From: a virus
Taxonomy: Duplodnaviria; Caudoviricetes
IMG/VR virus record: IMGVR_UViG_3300021387_001774
Location: 128,001-192,000 of that record
Length of the DNA: 64,000 bases
Strand: one strand, 5' to 3'
Positions 38,140 through 47,787 of the stretch are shown piece by piece. The notes beneath the pieces were generated by a model. It saw nothing but the letters and a program-made list of their open reading frames with translations. It did no database searches and was not told the DNA's origin. Numbering within the stretch: position 1 is the first letter of the stretch; each line of letters starts with the position of its first letter. The translations under genes and the position numbers were made by a program.

Positions 38140-39666
38140 TTATTCACCATTAGCCCAACAATATTCAGTATCACCAATCTTTGAAGTCCTATTATCCAAT
38201 TCAAATACTCTTTGAGTATTAGTCAATTCACCATTAGATACCAAGAACATCTCCATATCAGCATCGTTGAAACCAATATTCGGTCCTTCTCTTCTACACA
38301 TAGACATATTAAAGTTATCAGCAATTTCCTGATATTCTTCATCAACTACCCAACCACGATTTACATAAGAAGGATAATCCATAGAATGTGAAAGAATTGT
38401 AGCAACTCTAGCTTCAAATGGAATTTCTTCAAATGTATTAAGATCGGGTGGAGTTTCACGATTGATATATCTACTCAACAAGAATAATCTAGTTGTAAAA
38501 CTAAGAGCTCTTGCAAGTAATGGATTCTCGTGACATTTCTGAAGAAGGTTCTTTCTAGTAAATGATACTTCAGGTAATACACAAAGATGATAATTCATTG
38601 GATTACCTTTAACACCATATAAACCCTCGCTATAAAGAATTTCAAAATCAGTAAGTTCTGGTTTATATCCTGTTTCACCATCGAATACCATAGGATAACG
38701 AATTCCTTCAGGACCATTCTTATTCTTAAGAATATCCATAAGAGAAATCAAACCATGTACAGATGGACCATAAATCTGTTGCTTTTCATTGAACATTCTT
38801 TCCCTAATAGATAGCTGCCCAACACAGAAAGATTGGTACAAAAGTTCATTTCCACCTTTAACTTTCTGATTAAATTTCATACCAGGAAGTTGTGGTTTAG
38901 GAGGATTGTATCTATCAAGTACTGGAATTTCTACAAGGTGGTTAATCATGATTACACAAATCTTTGCTTCACAGCACTTCTTCTTAATTTCATTAATAAA
39001 GATTGTATTATCTTTAGCAATCTGCATAGCATCCATATTAGATGTACCAGCTACTGAATCTGTAGATTTAACATTACCTTCTTTATCGAATTCAAGATCT
39101 GTCTTAGAACGTACTGCTGCAATAGAGTCAATCAATACATAAGTTGTAGGAAGAACTTTGATAGATTCACCAAGAATATTTCTAACTCCTGTATCTACTT
39201 CAAGTTGTTTTCTATTCTTAATTTTCATTTCTGCATATTTAGCAATATCATTGTAAATTTCAATAATAGACCAAGGTTCTGAAACCATATGAACTGTTTC
39301 AGCCATAGTCTGTTCATCCCAACCAGTAAGCTTCTGAATACGATCAGGAGTAGTATGCATTTCAACATTATAGAAAAGAAGATCTGATACAGGACCATAC
39401 CATCTTCTCCAATTATCAATACAACCACCAACTACTTGAATCCATAGAGTAGTTTTACCAACAGCAGAAAGTCCAATTTCTGTATAAGGATTATTAAACA
39501 TTCCACCATTGATAATATCTACATCTAACTGATTAACATGCTCAATGTTTGCAGATAAAATATCAATTGGTGTAAAACCGCTGAATGTACCCAAGTCAGA
39601 ATCAAATGATCCTGCCTTCCTAAAAGCATCATTTACTTTGTTCATTGTGCTTAGCAGAAAGCTCAT
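38140..39666 (-). CDS. RecA/UvsX-like recombinase
   Basis: SGFTPIDIL, Walker A GLSAVGKTT, Walker B VLIDSIAA, INHL, KGGNEL and KNK; C-terminal extension. Confidence 0.85.
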   Translation of the reverse strand: MSFLLSTMNKVNDAFRKAGSFDSDLGTFSGFTPIDILSANIEHVNQLDVDIINGGMFNNPYTEIGLSAVGKTTLWIQVVGGCIDNWRRWYGPVSDLLFYNVEMHTTPDRIQKLTGWDEQTMAETVHMVSEPWSIIEIYNDIAKYAEMKIKNRKQLEVDTGVRNILGESIKVLPTTYVLIDSIAAVRSKTDLEFDKEGNVKSTDSVAGTSNMDAMQIAKDNTIFINEIKKKCCEAKICVIMINHLVEIPVLDRYNPPKPQLPGMKFNQKVKGGNELLYQSFCVGQLSIRERMFNEKQQIYGPSVHGLISLMDILKNKNGPEGIRYPMVFDGETGYKPELTDFEILYSEGLYGVKGNPMNYHLCVLPEVSFTRKNLLQKCHENPLLARALSFTTRLFLLSRYINRETPPDLNTFEEIPFEARVATILSHSMDYPSYVNRGWVVDEEYQEIADNFNMSMCRREGPNIGFNDADMEMFLVSNGELTNTQRVFELDNRTSKIGDTEYCWANGE

Positions 39667-40360
39667 TCTTTACCTCTCTATTCAAAGAAAAATCTTTTTC
39701 TCGTTTTTCATATACATTATATATATTTAAAGATAATTTACAAATGTGTTTCATATCATAATCATTAAGCCATTCTGTCATTTTATCTGCACTTTCATTA
39801 TTATTCTGCATTCTATTATAAAATTCAGCTTGAGCAATTTCATTTTCATTGAAGCGTTTAAGAAGATCATTCTTTACATATTCTGACACAAAGAATAATG
39901 GTGAAGGTTTATCTTTTTTAGTTCTTGTAAAATATGTATCTGTAGAAAAACCAGAATAATATTTAAACAACAGACTCTTAACAAAATCAGATGTTTCAGA
40001 AATGTAAATCATATATACACGATTTACAAAGTAATTTAAAAATGGTGTTACAGTTCCATTATCATCAAATGTAACATCTGGACGTAATAGATAAGAAATC
40101 AAATCACGATAATGACCACTAACAAACATTTTAACTTTAGAGTTTTCAGAAAACTGAATATCTTTTGATACATAAATACTCAATGATTTATTTATTGCTT
40201 CGTCAATAGCTTCATATACCATAGACATATCAGATTTCTTTTGCTCTGGAGATAATGGAATCATCATTTCGCCTAGTTTTGAACCAAATAATGGTTTTAA
40301 CCCAATATACAATAAAATAAAACTTATAATAATCATAAAGATCATAAAAGTCATTTCCAT
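39629..40360 (-). CDS. Membrane-anchored hypothetical protein
   Basis: N-terminal TM helix FMIFMIIISFILLYIGL. Confidence 0.65.
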   Translation of the reverse strand: MEMTFMIFMIIISFILLYIGLKPLFGSKLGEMMIPLSPEQKKSDMSMVYEAIDEAINKSLSIYVSKDIQFSENSKVKMFVSGHYRDLISYLLRPDVTFDDNGTVTPFLNYFVNRVYMIYISETSDFVKSLLFKYYSGFSTDTYFTRTKKDKPSPLFFVSEYVKNDLLKRFNENEIAQAEFYNRMQNNNESADKMTEWLNDYDMKHICKLSLNIYNVYEKREKDFSLNREVKNELSAKHNEQSK

Positions 40361-40647
40361 TACATACCTCGTTTATTAAAGATGTATCTGAACGTACGTT
40401 CATTCATTGTAAATATTTTTCTTTGCCTATCAATTACTATATATTCCATTGGATGTACAAGAATTGTTTCATCATTGTCTACAAGTCGTAGTTCATCACC
40501 ATCAACAAGTGTACAATCATCACAAAAAGCACCTTTCAAATATTTCGGAAATAGATGTATATTTGTGTATGAAACTTGTACAGCTAGAATAGTATTAATT
40601 GAGGGGCCATTCTGGATATCGAATAGTTCGAACTTGGGGGGTACCAT
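40360..40647 (-). CDS. Hypothetical phage protein
   Basis: 95 aa; AVQ...YIV..F...F pattern loosely similar to 41385..41843. Confidence 0.55.
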   Translation of the reverse strand: MVPPKFELFDIQNGPSINTILAVQVSYTNIHLFPKYLKGAFCDDCTLVDGDELRLVDNDETILVHPMEYIVIDRQRKIFTMNERTFRYIFNKRGM

Positions 40648-41407
40648 TTAACAGAAAATCCTCCGTTTTAATATTTTTATAAACATAATTCTCTTTATTA
40701 AAGAACCAAATAAGTGGTAAGTATGGTTTTAGATTAGATTCAAGAATCGTATCACCACACAATATCTCTTTTAGATCCCACTTATACATACAGAATTTTA
40801 TATCTTTCTGCATATTCATTTCAAACATCTTTTGAATATCTTTATGGAGTGGAATCTTCGGTTCTTTTTCACTCATTAATTTATAACGTATAGCATTTAC
40901 AGAATTTGTTTTATCTACAGAAGTTATCAAACTATACAATACATCATTCAGTTTTTCAAAATCAGCATATTCATTATTATAACCAAATATTCTATATTTA
41001 GGTTTTTCTTCAAATAGTTTATAAAGTTTATATTTCTGTTCGAACGAAAGTAGTAACCAGAAATAATAGTTACTACTATACATACAAAGATTATAAACAG
41101 TTTCATCATCCACACCAAGCTTCTTATAACTTTCTGGAAGAATAATTTTACCATTCTCTAATCCAAATGGAGTAAGATGATAAAAAATATTATCCTTATC
41201 TGGATCTCGTTCTTTTCGTTTTACTGTACCATATTCTGATGAATTTTGAGCAATAAATGTATTCTTTTTCATTTTCTCATCAATGATTACTTTTATCTCT
41301 CTATCACTGTAACCATTGCACATAAGAAATCTCATAAAATCAATATATTCATCAGGTACAGAAGCAATGTTTATTAAGCCGTAATTACGAGTTATCTCTA
41401 CCATCAC
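40595..41407 (-). CDS. Hypothetical protein
   Basis: 270-aa ORF with AAGGAG SD. Confidence 0.6.
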   Translation of the reverse strand: MMVEITRNYGLINIASVPDEYIDFMRFLMCNGYSDREIKVIIDEKMKKNTFIAQNSSEYGTVKRKERDPDKDNIFYHLTPFGLENGKIILPESYKKLGVDDETVYNLCMYSSNYYFWLLLSFEQKYKLYKLFEEKPKYRIFGYNNEYADFEKLNDVLYSLITSVDKTNSVNAIRYKLMSEKEPKIPLHKDIQKMFEMNMQKDIKFCMYKWDLKEILCGDTILESNLKPYLPLIWFFNKENYVYKNIKTEDFLLNGTPQVRTIRYPEWPLN

Positions 41408-41843
41408 TAATCTCCTTTTCTAAAGGAATATATGTCTTTTCAAACTCTTCATTCGGAACAGTTGATGTAAATCCATTATCATAAATAACTTCATACTCAT
41501 CATTATTCTTTTTTCTTGCTTTTACTATACTAATCTTTGTATAAATTTTATATTCTTTGTTATCTGGTTCTACGTATCCAGAAAACAAATATTCAAAAGT
41601 TTTAGAATCATAAATAACAAATTCTCCATTATCTAATACAATCCAATCATTCTTTTTGATTTCTAGTTTATTACCATCTTTTAACCAAAGATATGGAATA
41701 GGAAAGAAATCTGGCGAGAATGGTTTTTCTATAATTATTAAGCGTTCTTTACCTACGAACTCTTGTAGTTCTTTTGCATTTATACCATCGAACTTAATTG
41801 CTGTTAATGGTTGTTGTTTTCTCATAACTAAAGTTGTTGACAT
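41385..41843 (-). CDS. Hypothetical phage protein
   Basis: AIKFDG...DWIV...GEF..YD..TF pattern common in small phage proteins. Confidence 0.6.
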   Translation of the reverse strand: MSTTLVMRKQQPLTAIKFDGINAKELQEFVGKERLIIIEKPFSPDFFPIPYLWLKDGNKLEIKKNDWIVLDNGEFVIYDSKTFEYLFSGYVEPDNKEYKIYTKISIVKARKKNNDEYEVIYDNGFTSTVPNEEFEKTYIPLEKEISDGRDNS

Positions 41844-41845
41844 AT

Positions 41846-42622
41846 TTACTCCTTTTGATTCAAAAGTTTAGTTATTTCTTCATTGGTTATTTTAGAAACC
41901 CTATCTTCCAATAAGAGTTTATCCAATTTCTCCACAGTCAATAACGTTTTATTAGAAGCATTAATTACTGTAGGTTTATATTCATAGTTCTTAGGAACTT
42001 CCAATTCTGCAGAATGATTTGCTGTTAACCATTCTATATATTTAGATCTTGTATGTTCTGGTATAAAACGTTCATATTCTTTATAAAACTTTTCATAATT
42101 ACCAATAATAAGATCAGGATGAATATCAAGTTTTCCATCATGAACCTGTTGATGTGATGTTGGATCTAGTGGAACTAAACCAACCATAAATTTATAATGA
42201 AGCATAGCTACTTCTTTACAGACTTCCATTTCTAGTACATATGGTTCTTCACTATTTAATTCGTCAAGTTGTTTATTCACTACAGCTTCAGTATAATCAA
42301 ACAATGTAAATGGATGATGATGAAATTCAAGTTTCATTCCATTGTCTACAGAATATCCTTTAAAGAAAACACAAGATTTAACATCAAGTGTTTTCTTTAG
42401 CATATCTATAAACCAAGAATATTCAAACGAAGGACGTATTAATGTTTCAAAGTATTTTACTAACTCAGCTTTATTAGACTCATTAATAAAATACCTTTCA
42501 TCATACGGCTCTTCATCAATTAAATCATCATCTATATCATAAACCATTTCTTTAGAAGTTTTCAATATCTTATTTTCAATTTCTTTCTCCAGTTTTTCAG
42601 CACGATCTTCTAATTTAGCCAT
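41846..42622 (-). CDS. Putative HNH-like protein
   Basis: LEFHHHP...LVPLDPTSHQQVHDG resembles a His-Me finger. Confidence 0.4.
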   Translation of the reverse strand: MAKLEDRAEKLEKEIENKILKTSKEMVYDIDDDLIDEEPYDERYFINESNKAELVKYFETLIRPSFEYSWFIDMLKKTLDVKSCVFFKGYSVDNGMKLEFHHHPFTLFDYTEAVVNKQLDELNSEEPYVLEMEVCKEVAMLHYKFMVGLVPLDPTSHQQVHDGKLDIHPDLIIGNYEKFYKEYERFIPEHTRSKYIEWLTANHSAELEVPKNYEYKPTVINASNKTLLTVEKLDKLLLEDRVSKITNEEITKLLNQKE

Positions 42623-43829
42623 AATAGAAATTTACTCCTAAATTAAATACTGGAAGATTTTCTTCAGAAATATATATAATTCTATTATTTACTTTATCAA
42701 ATACTGCTTCTTCTGGTATAGTATCAGAATTAATTATCTTTTCAATAACTGGATCCTTATTAACATTATAAATAGTAGGATACATAGTTTTTATAAACTC
42801 TTTAAAAATATGCAAAACGTTCAATTCGTCAATATAAGGATTATTTTCTTTATTATTATTTGATGAAATTTCTATCATTCTAAGTTTGACTGGGAATTCT
42901 GGTAATTTATTTTCAATCTGACCGAATATTCCTGCATTGATATAATCAATAAAACCATTAAACTTATCAAATTCAGCTTTATTCTTAAACAATTTACCAT
43001 TAACTGGTTCAAAAGTAAGTTTTAGTTTACTTTTATAATCTTTATAGTTATAAACAAAGAATGGATCAACAATTGAACCAATATAATCGATAGTAATTTT
43101 ATCATTAGAAACATTCATTGTTGCACCATCAATTGTATCGTAGAGCAATGTTGTTTTACCAAGACTTAACATAAATGGATTAGCATTAAATGATGCAGAT
43201 ACAACACCATCAACTTTATCACTAAATGATAATTGATAGTCTTTAAGTTTTGTCATACATTCGATAGAATTTGCTGAAAATAATGGAATAGCAGTATTCC
43301 TATTTACAAATGTAATATAAGATGAATCAATTACAGAATCATAAAGATCTATATACAATCTAGAATTCTTTCTCAAATCATCTGCATTAAATTTAAGACA
43401 ATATTTATCAAGTTCAGCTAAAGTTCTATGTAATGCAAGAATATATTTCTTAGCATGAATTGTATTTGAAATATTTGCTTCAGTTATAGCCATACCAAAC
43501 GTTGCTACAGCCGTTGTTAAGCTTTTTACATTTATTGCTACTTTGGTAACGAATCTGTTTATCGTTGTATTTAAAGCTTTTGGGAAACGATTTATATACA
43601 TATCGTTTAACATGTATTTGATAACTTTATTAAAGAAAATATCCATCTGAGCTTCATGATCTATATAAACATAAGAACGTTCATCAAAAACTTTATCATC
43701 ATCTCCATCATTAGTATAACAACTACACAGGTATTTAAAAAATACAGGAGTGGATACTTTACCGTCTGAAAAATTTGTAACATCATCAAGTTTTATTCCA
43801 AATTTGTTACTTAATATATCTGTTAACAT
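42615..43829 (-). CDS. Hypothetical protein
   Basis: 404 aa; AAGGAG SD. Confidence 0.7.
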   Translation of the reverse strand: MLTDILSNKFGIKLDDVTNFSDGKVSTPVFFKYLCSCYTNDGDDDKVFDERSYVYIDHEAQMDIFFNKVIKYMLNDMYINRFPKALNTTINRFVTKVAINVKSLTTAVATFGMAITEANISNTIHAKKYILALHRTLAELDKYCLKFNADDLRKNSRLYIDLYDSVIDSSYITFVNRNTAIPLFSANSIECMTKLKDYQLSFSDKVDGVVSASFNANPFMLSLGKTTLLYDTIDGATMNVSNDKITIDYIGSIVDPFFVYNYKDYKSKLKLTFEPVNGKLFKNKAEFDKFNGFIDYINAGIFGQIENKLPEFPVKLRMIEISSNNNKENNPYIDELNVLHIFKEFIKTMYPTIYNVNKDPVIEKIINSDTIPEEAVFDKVNNRIIYISEENLPVFNLGVNFYYG

Positions 43830-43920
43830 AAAAACTCCTTAATTATTAATTTATCAAAATATATAATAATATATTTAAAAGATTAATTATTTATATATTT
43901 TGTATATGAGGAGTTCATAT

Positions 43921-44691
43921 ATGAGTGTGACAGTTGACAAAGTCATAAACAATAACATCAATTCACATATAATAAATTCAAATATAGTTGAGTATAATAT
44001 AGCTAAAGCTTATCCAACTATTCTCTCAATGTTAGATCCAAGGTATGAATATTTATTAGACTTAAGTAAAGATCAATACATCGAAGAAATAAATAAGATA
44101 TTTTCCTTGAATAAGGGTATAAAGAAAGATATAGAAAATAAAACAATTGAATTATACAATGACTGGTTAACTAGAAATAGAATAAACAAGAATAACTTTA
44201 TTGCGACAACGACTGATAGTATTATTATAAATAATCAATTAGCACCTATAAATAATATTGGTGATCTAGTATTTAGAAATAAAGACAAGATATCTTACAC
44301 AAGTTTATTTTATATAAATAAAGATATCTATATTCTATTTGATAGAATTACAAAGAAATTAAGAATATGTGGAGTATATAAAGATCCATTCATCAATACT
44401 TATCCTTTTGTAAATAAAGTACTTAAGGATTTGTGTTGTATATGTAACGAATATACATATGAAACGAAATATGATTGTTTAAGACGTATAGGAAAATTAC
44501 GTTATAAATATATCTGTTCAGATGATAAAACTATTTATGGAGATATACTCCATAATGGTGATTATAAATATAATATAGATGGAAACTTTGTATATACACC
44601 AGAATTATATACTTCTAAAGACGATATAAATCTTGTGATTGAAGATAATTACATGAATTTTATTCTACCTTTAATTCAAAGTCTGTTCTAG
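43921..44691 (+). CDS. Small protein with family-B polymerase palm-like motifs
   Basis: Start at ATG 43921 (GAGGAG SD); IVEYNIAKAYPTIL (motif A-like) and IATTTDSIII (motif C-like). Confidence 0.5.
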   Translation: MSVTVDKVINNNINSHIINSNIVEYNIAKAYPTILSMLDPRYEYLLDLSKDQYIEEINKIFSLNKGIKKDIENKTIELYNDWLTRNRINKNNFIATTTDSIIINNQLAPINNIGDLVFRNKDKISYTSLFYINKDIYILFDRITKKLRICGVYKDPFINTYPFVNKVLKDLCCICNEYTYETKYDCLRRIGKLRYKYICSDDKTIYGDILHNGDYKYNIDGNFVYTPELYTSKDDINLVIEDNYMNFILPLIQSLF

Positions 44692-44702
44692 GGAGGAACG
44701 TA

Positions 44703-45095
44703 ATGAATATATTTAAACGGTACAAACAAATGGAAATCTATTATTCTGAAATACGAATAATTAATAAGTGTACTTCAGATATAAAAGATCTGATGCATGA
44801 AACATCTATAATAACAAATAAACTCTTAGATATAGAAAAGAAATTATCCAATGTGGATAAAAATGATGAATCTATGAAAGCAGCATTATTAATAAATTAT
44901 GAAACAGAAGAAAAAGAACTTGAATCGATTGTTGAAAAAGCTATAAATTATGGTATAAGTAAATTTGGTCTATGGCTAAGGAGAAAAAGAAATGACAAAA
45001 CTATTATCTATATTTCTCATTTCTGTAGAAAAAATATCGATTACTTATTAAAGAAACAAGAAAAAATAACAAAGAAAATTAAGTCTTGGTTCTAA
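44703..45095 (+). CDS. Hypothetical protein
   Basis: 130 aa; GGGAGG SD; followed by AAGAGTACAC-atat-GTGTACTCTT terminator. Confidence 0.65.
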   Translation: MNIFKRYKQMEIYYSEIRIINKCTSDIKDLMHETSIITNKLLDIEKKLSNVDKNDESMKAALLINYETEEKELESIVEKAINYGISKFGLWLRRKRNDKTIIYISHFCRKNIDYLLKKQEKITKKIKSWF

Positions 45096-45135
45096 TATAT
45101 AAGAGTACACATATGTGTACTCTTTATTTTTTTGT

Positions 45136-45573
45136 TTACTGTTCAAACTATACTGTCTAATCATATATTATATTTATGGAAGATAGAAATAGAGTAGGGT
45201 GTTACCGCACCCTACTCTATAAATTTAATTATCTTTCAAGGAGGTGATTGTATGGTAAGAAAATACATCTATTTTACATCCAAAATGGATGAGAATGGAA
45301 ATGTATGTAAAGACCCCGATTTTATTCTTCTCGATAGAGATGAATATAAACGAACCCTAGGGGTTTATCCAGAACAAACTGGAGCCAGCTCAATGCTAGT
45401 TCCAAAAGACTGGAGATAAGACATACTTTCTTATTCTCTCATGGGCTCAAAGAAAGATAATATACTATAATGTATATTATTAAATAGAAAAATAAACTCC
45501 ATAATGAAGACTCGTTGAAGACATTATGGAGTTTGACAGGTCAACTGATATTAACGTATCAGTACCTGTTTTT
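45136..45573 (+). repeat. Copy 2 of duplicated structured small-ORF cassette
   Basis: Homologous to 3700-4063 in leader, peptide and 3' elements. Confidence 0.9.
45252..45419 (+). CDS. 55-aa peptide of cassette copy 2
   Basis: SD AAGGAGGTGA at 45238-45247; MVRKYIYFTSKMDENGNVCKDPDFILLDRDEYKRTLGVYPEQTGASSMLVPKDWR. Confidence 0.8.
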   Translation: MVRKYIYFTSKMDENGNVCKDPDFILLDRDEYKRTLGVYPEQTGASSMLVPKDWR

Positions 45574-45574
45574 T

Positions 45575-47770
45575 TTATTTTTTAAGCGTATAATAATCTC
45601 TAGTAAATTCACAAATATAATAATCTTTATCTACTTGGAACTCTGTATTCGTTGAAGGAACTCTTACATATTCATCGCCTTCTTTTGTGAAGTAGACTTG
45701 ATGTTGATTATAACCTAAAGCCTTTTCATCTTGGGAAACAAACCTGAATTCCTTTTTAAATGACGTTACATGAGCATCACCAATGTATGTTTTCTTTTCA
45801 GAGTCATATCTATAATAGACTGTATTCTCTATTGGACCATAAAGAAGTTCAGTATAGTTAAGTTTATGATAAGCATCATTTATCTTATCTCTTCTTACAA
45901 CTTGAAGTTTATAAGCAGAAACTCCTTCAAATACATCATCATATCCATGTCTATACCATTTCTCTGGAGCAAAGAAAACATTTTCACATTTATTTACAAA
46001 GTCATGACAAACACCATTCATTATAACAATATCATCAATATTCCAGTTTTCATTTATGAAATAGTTCTTTGTAGGTTTATTAAGTTTTATTTCTTCTCTA
46101 TTTTCTACAACTTCGATATCATAAGCTTTAGCAGCAATATTATCAAATTCGATAATAGCGTAAGTTCTATTTCTGAATTGTTCTACAACTACATCAAATG
46201 CTGAATGAGCATAATGATAGTTATCAGAACCAGAGGTTTCTCTCCACTCTTCTAGAGCTTGAGAATATTCTTGATATGCTGCATTGATACCTTCTTCATC
46301 GTCATTATGTAACTTTAAAAAGTCTTCAATCTTTGGTGATGCTACAATATCGTGAGATACTTGAGTAGAAAGATATTCTCTCATTCTTGAATACATTTCT
46401 GTGTAAAGAATATCGAATTCTAATTCGATAGTATTCAAGAATATAGATCCATCATCTTGTACTTCCCAAGAATCTTTATCAACAATCGTATTACCACAAA
46501 GAAGAATACTTTTATCTTTATTGACCTTATGTGAGAAATTAAGTTTATTTACCAACCAATAAGATTTGTTTGCTTCTTCTGCTACCGTTTTTAAAACCTT
46601 TCCCGTATGTAAAGGTTCAGTAAATGACGTTATAGAAATATTATCCCACTTGTAAATACGGATATCGAATACATAATTGTAACCAATCTTTTCTCTAGGT
46701 ATATCATATTTGATTATATCTATACCTTCTGCATTCTTTTCACCTACAGTTTTAGTACGAACTAAATAATCATCAATATTCACACCACTAATAAGTGTTT
46801 TAGGTTGTATAGCAGCATATTTAACAACGTCTTTAAGATATATTTGATTTTCTGATGGTCCTGGTATATAACCAACAATAACACCATTGAGAATGATAAA
46901 CAGATTAGTTAAATCTGTATATGGTTTATTCTCATTATCAATAAATGTCAATAATAAGTCATCAAACTTATGATTATTATTATTAGTATAAGTACCATTT
47001 GCAACAGTTTTTTCATCAATACTTGCTAATTTATAAGAGAATCTTGGCGAATTAGTAGCATGTACAGAATCTTTAGCATCCTTTTCTGTATCTGTAAATA
47101 CAATTCTAGGACACTCTTCAAACTTATATGTACCATCACCACGTTCAACAGAGTAAATGTAAGCGCTCTTATTGTATTGATCTCTTACAAAATACATAGC
47201 TTTAGGAATTTTGTTAACATCGGTAATTTGACAAAGAGTTACGAAATAATTATCTGTAAATGTACAATCGAATATTGTATTATCGCACACTTTAGTATAT
47301 ATAGAAGATTCCATAATATTTTCATTAATTGTACCTGTAAAGAAAGTACTGAAAATATTATCGGAATAATTTTTTACTGCAAAGTGAGGTCTAATCTTTC
47401 CAAGATCTATCCACTTACCATACTTATTTTTATAGTATTCATGTTGGAGTCCATATTTAAAAATCATTTCACGAATTACATCTAAGAAACGATATTGTCT
47501 ATGGGCTATATTTTTTTCTTCAGCAGTATCTATATAAGATGGTAAGACATGAAAAATAGGATGTAGACCAGATCTATCAACTCCAGCTTCATAGTTCTCA
47601 ATTCCATATGTAATATTTTGATCAGTTTGAGCATAGAGATAATCCAACGTAACTGCAATAGGAGTTATTCCATGCCCAAAATCAAATACTACAGTTCTAT
47701 TATAGAATTGATCAACCTTTTTAAAAGCTTGAGAAGTAGATATTACAGATTCAATAGCTAAATCTTCCAT
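45575..47770 (-). CDS. Probable virion structural protein
   Basis: 731 aa, beta-rich, in an operon of three large genes; C-terminal Tyr-rich repeats. Confidence 0.6.
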   Translation of the reverse strand: MEDLAIESVISTSQAFKKVDQFYNRTVVFDFGHGITPIAVTLDYLYAQTDQNITYGIENYEAGVDRSGLHPIFHVLPSYIDTAEEKNIAHRQYRFLDVIREMIFKYGLQHEYYKNKYGKWIDLGKIRPHFAVKNYSDNIFSTFFTGTINENIMESSIYTKVCDNTIFDCTFTDNYFVTLCQITDVNKIPKAMYFVRDQYNKSAYIYSVERGDGTYKFEECPRIVFTDTEKDAKDSVHATNSPRFSYKLASIDEKTVANGTYTNNNNHKFDDLLLTFIDNENKPYTDLTNLFIILNGVIVGYIPGPSENQIYLKDVVKYAAIQPKTLISGVNIDDYLVRTKTVGEKNAEGIDIIKYDIPREKIGYNYVFDIRIYKWDNISITSFTEPLHTGKVLKTVAEEANKSYWLVNKLNFSHKVNKDKSILLCGNTIVDKDSWEVQDDGSIFLNTIELEFDILYTEMYSRMREYLSTQVSHDIVASPKIEDFLKLHNDDEEGINAAYQEYSQALEEWRETSGSDNYHYAHSAFDVVVEQFRNRTYAIIEFDNIAAKAYDIEVVENREEIKLNKPTKNYFINENWNIDDIVIMNGVCHDFVNKCENVFFAPEKWYRHGYDDVFEGVSAYKLQVVRRDKINDAYHKLNYTELLYGPIENTVYYRYDSEKKTYIGDAHVTSFKKEFRFVSQDEKALGYNQHQVYFTKEGDEYVRVPSTNTEFQVDKDYYICEFTRDYYTLKK

Positions 47771-47787
47771 TATCTACTCCTCTTAAA

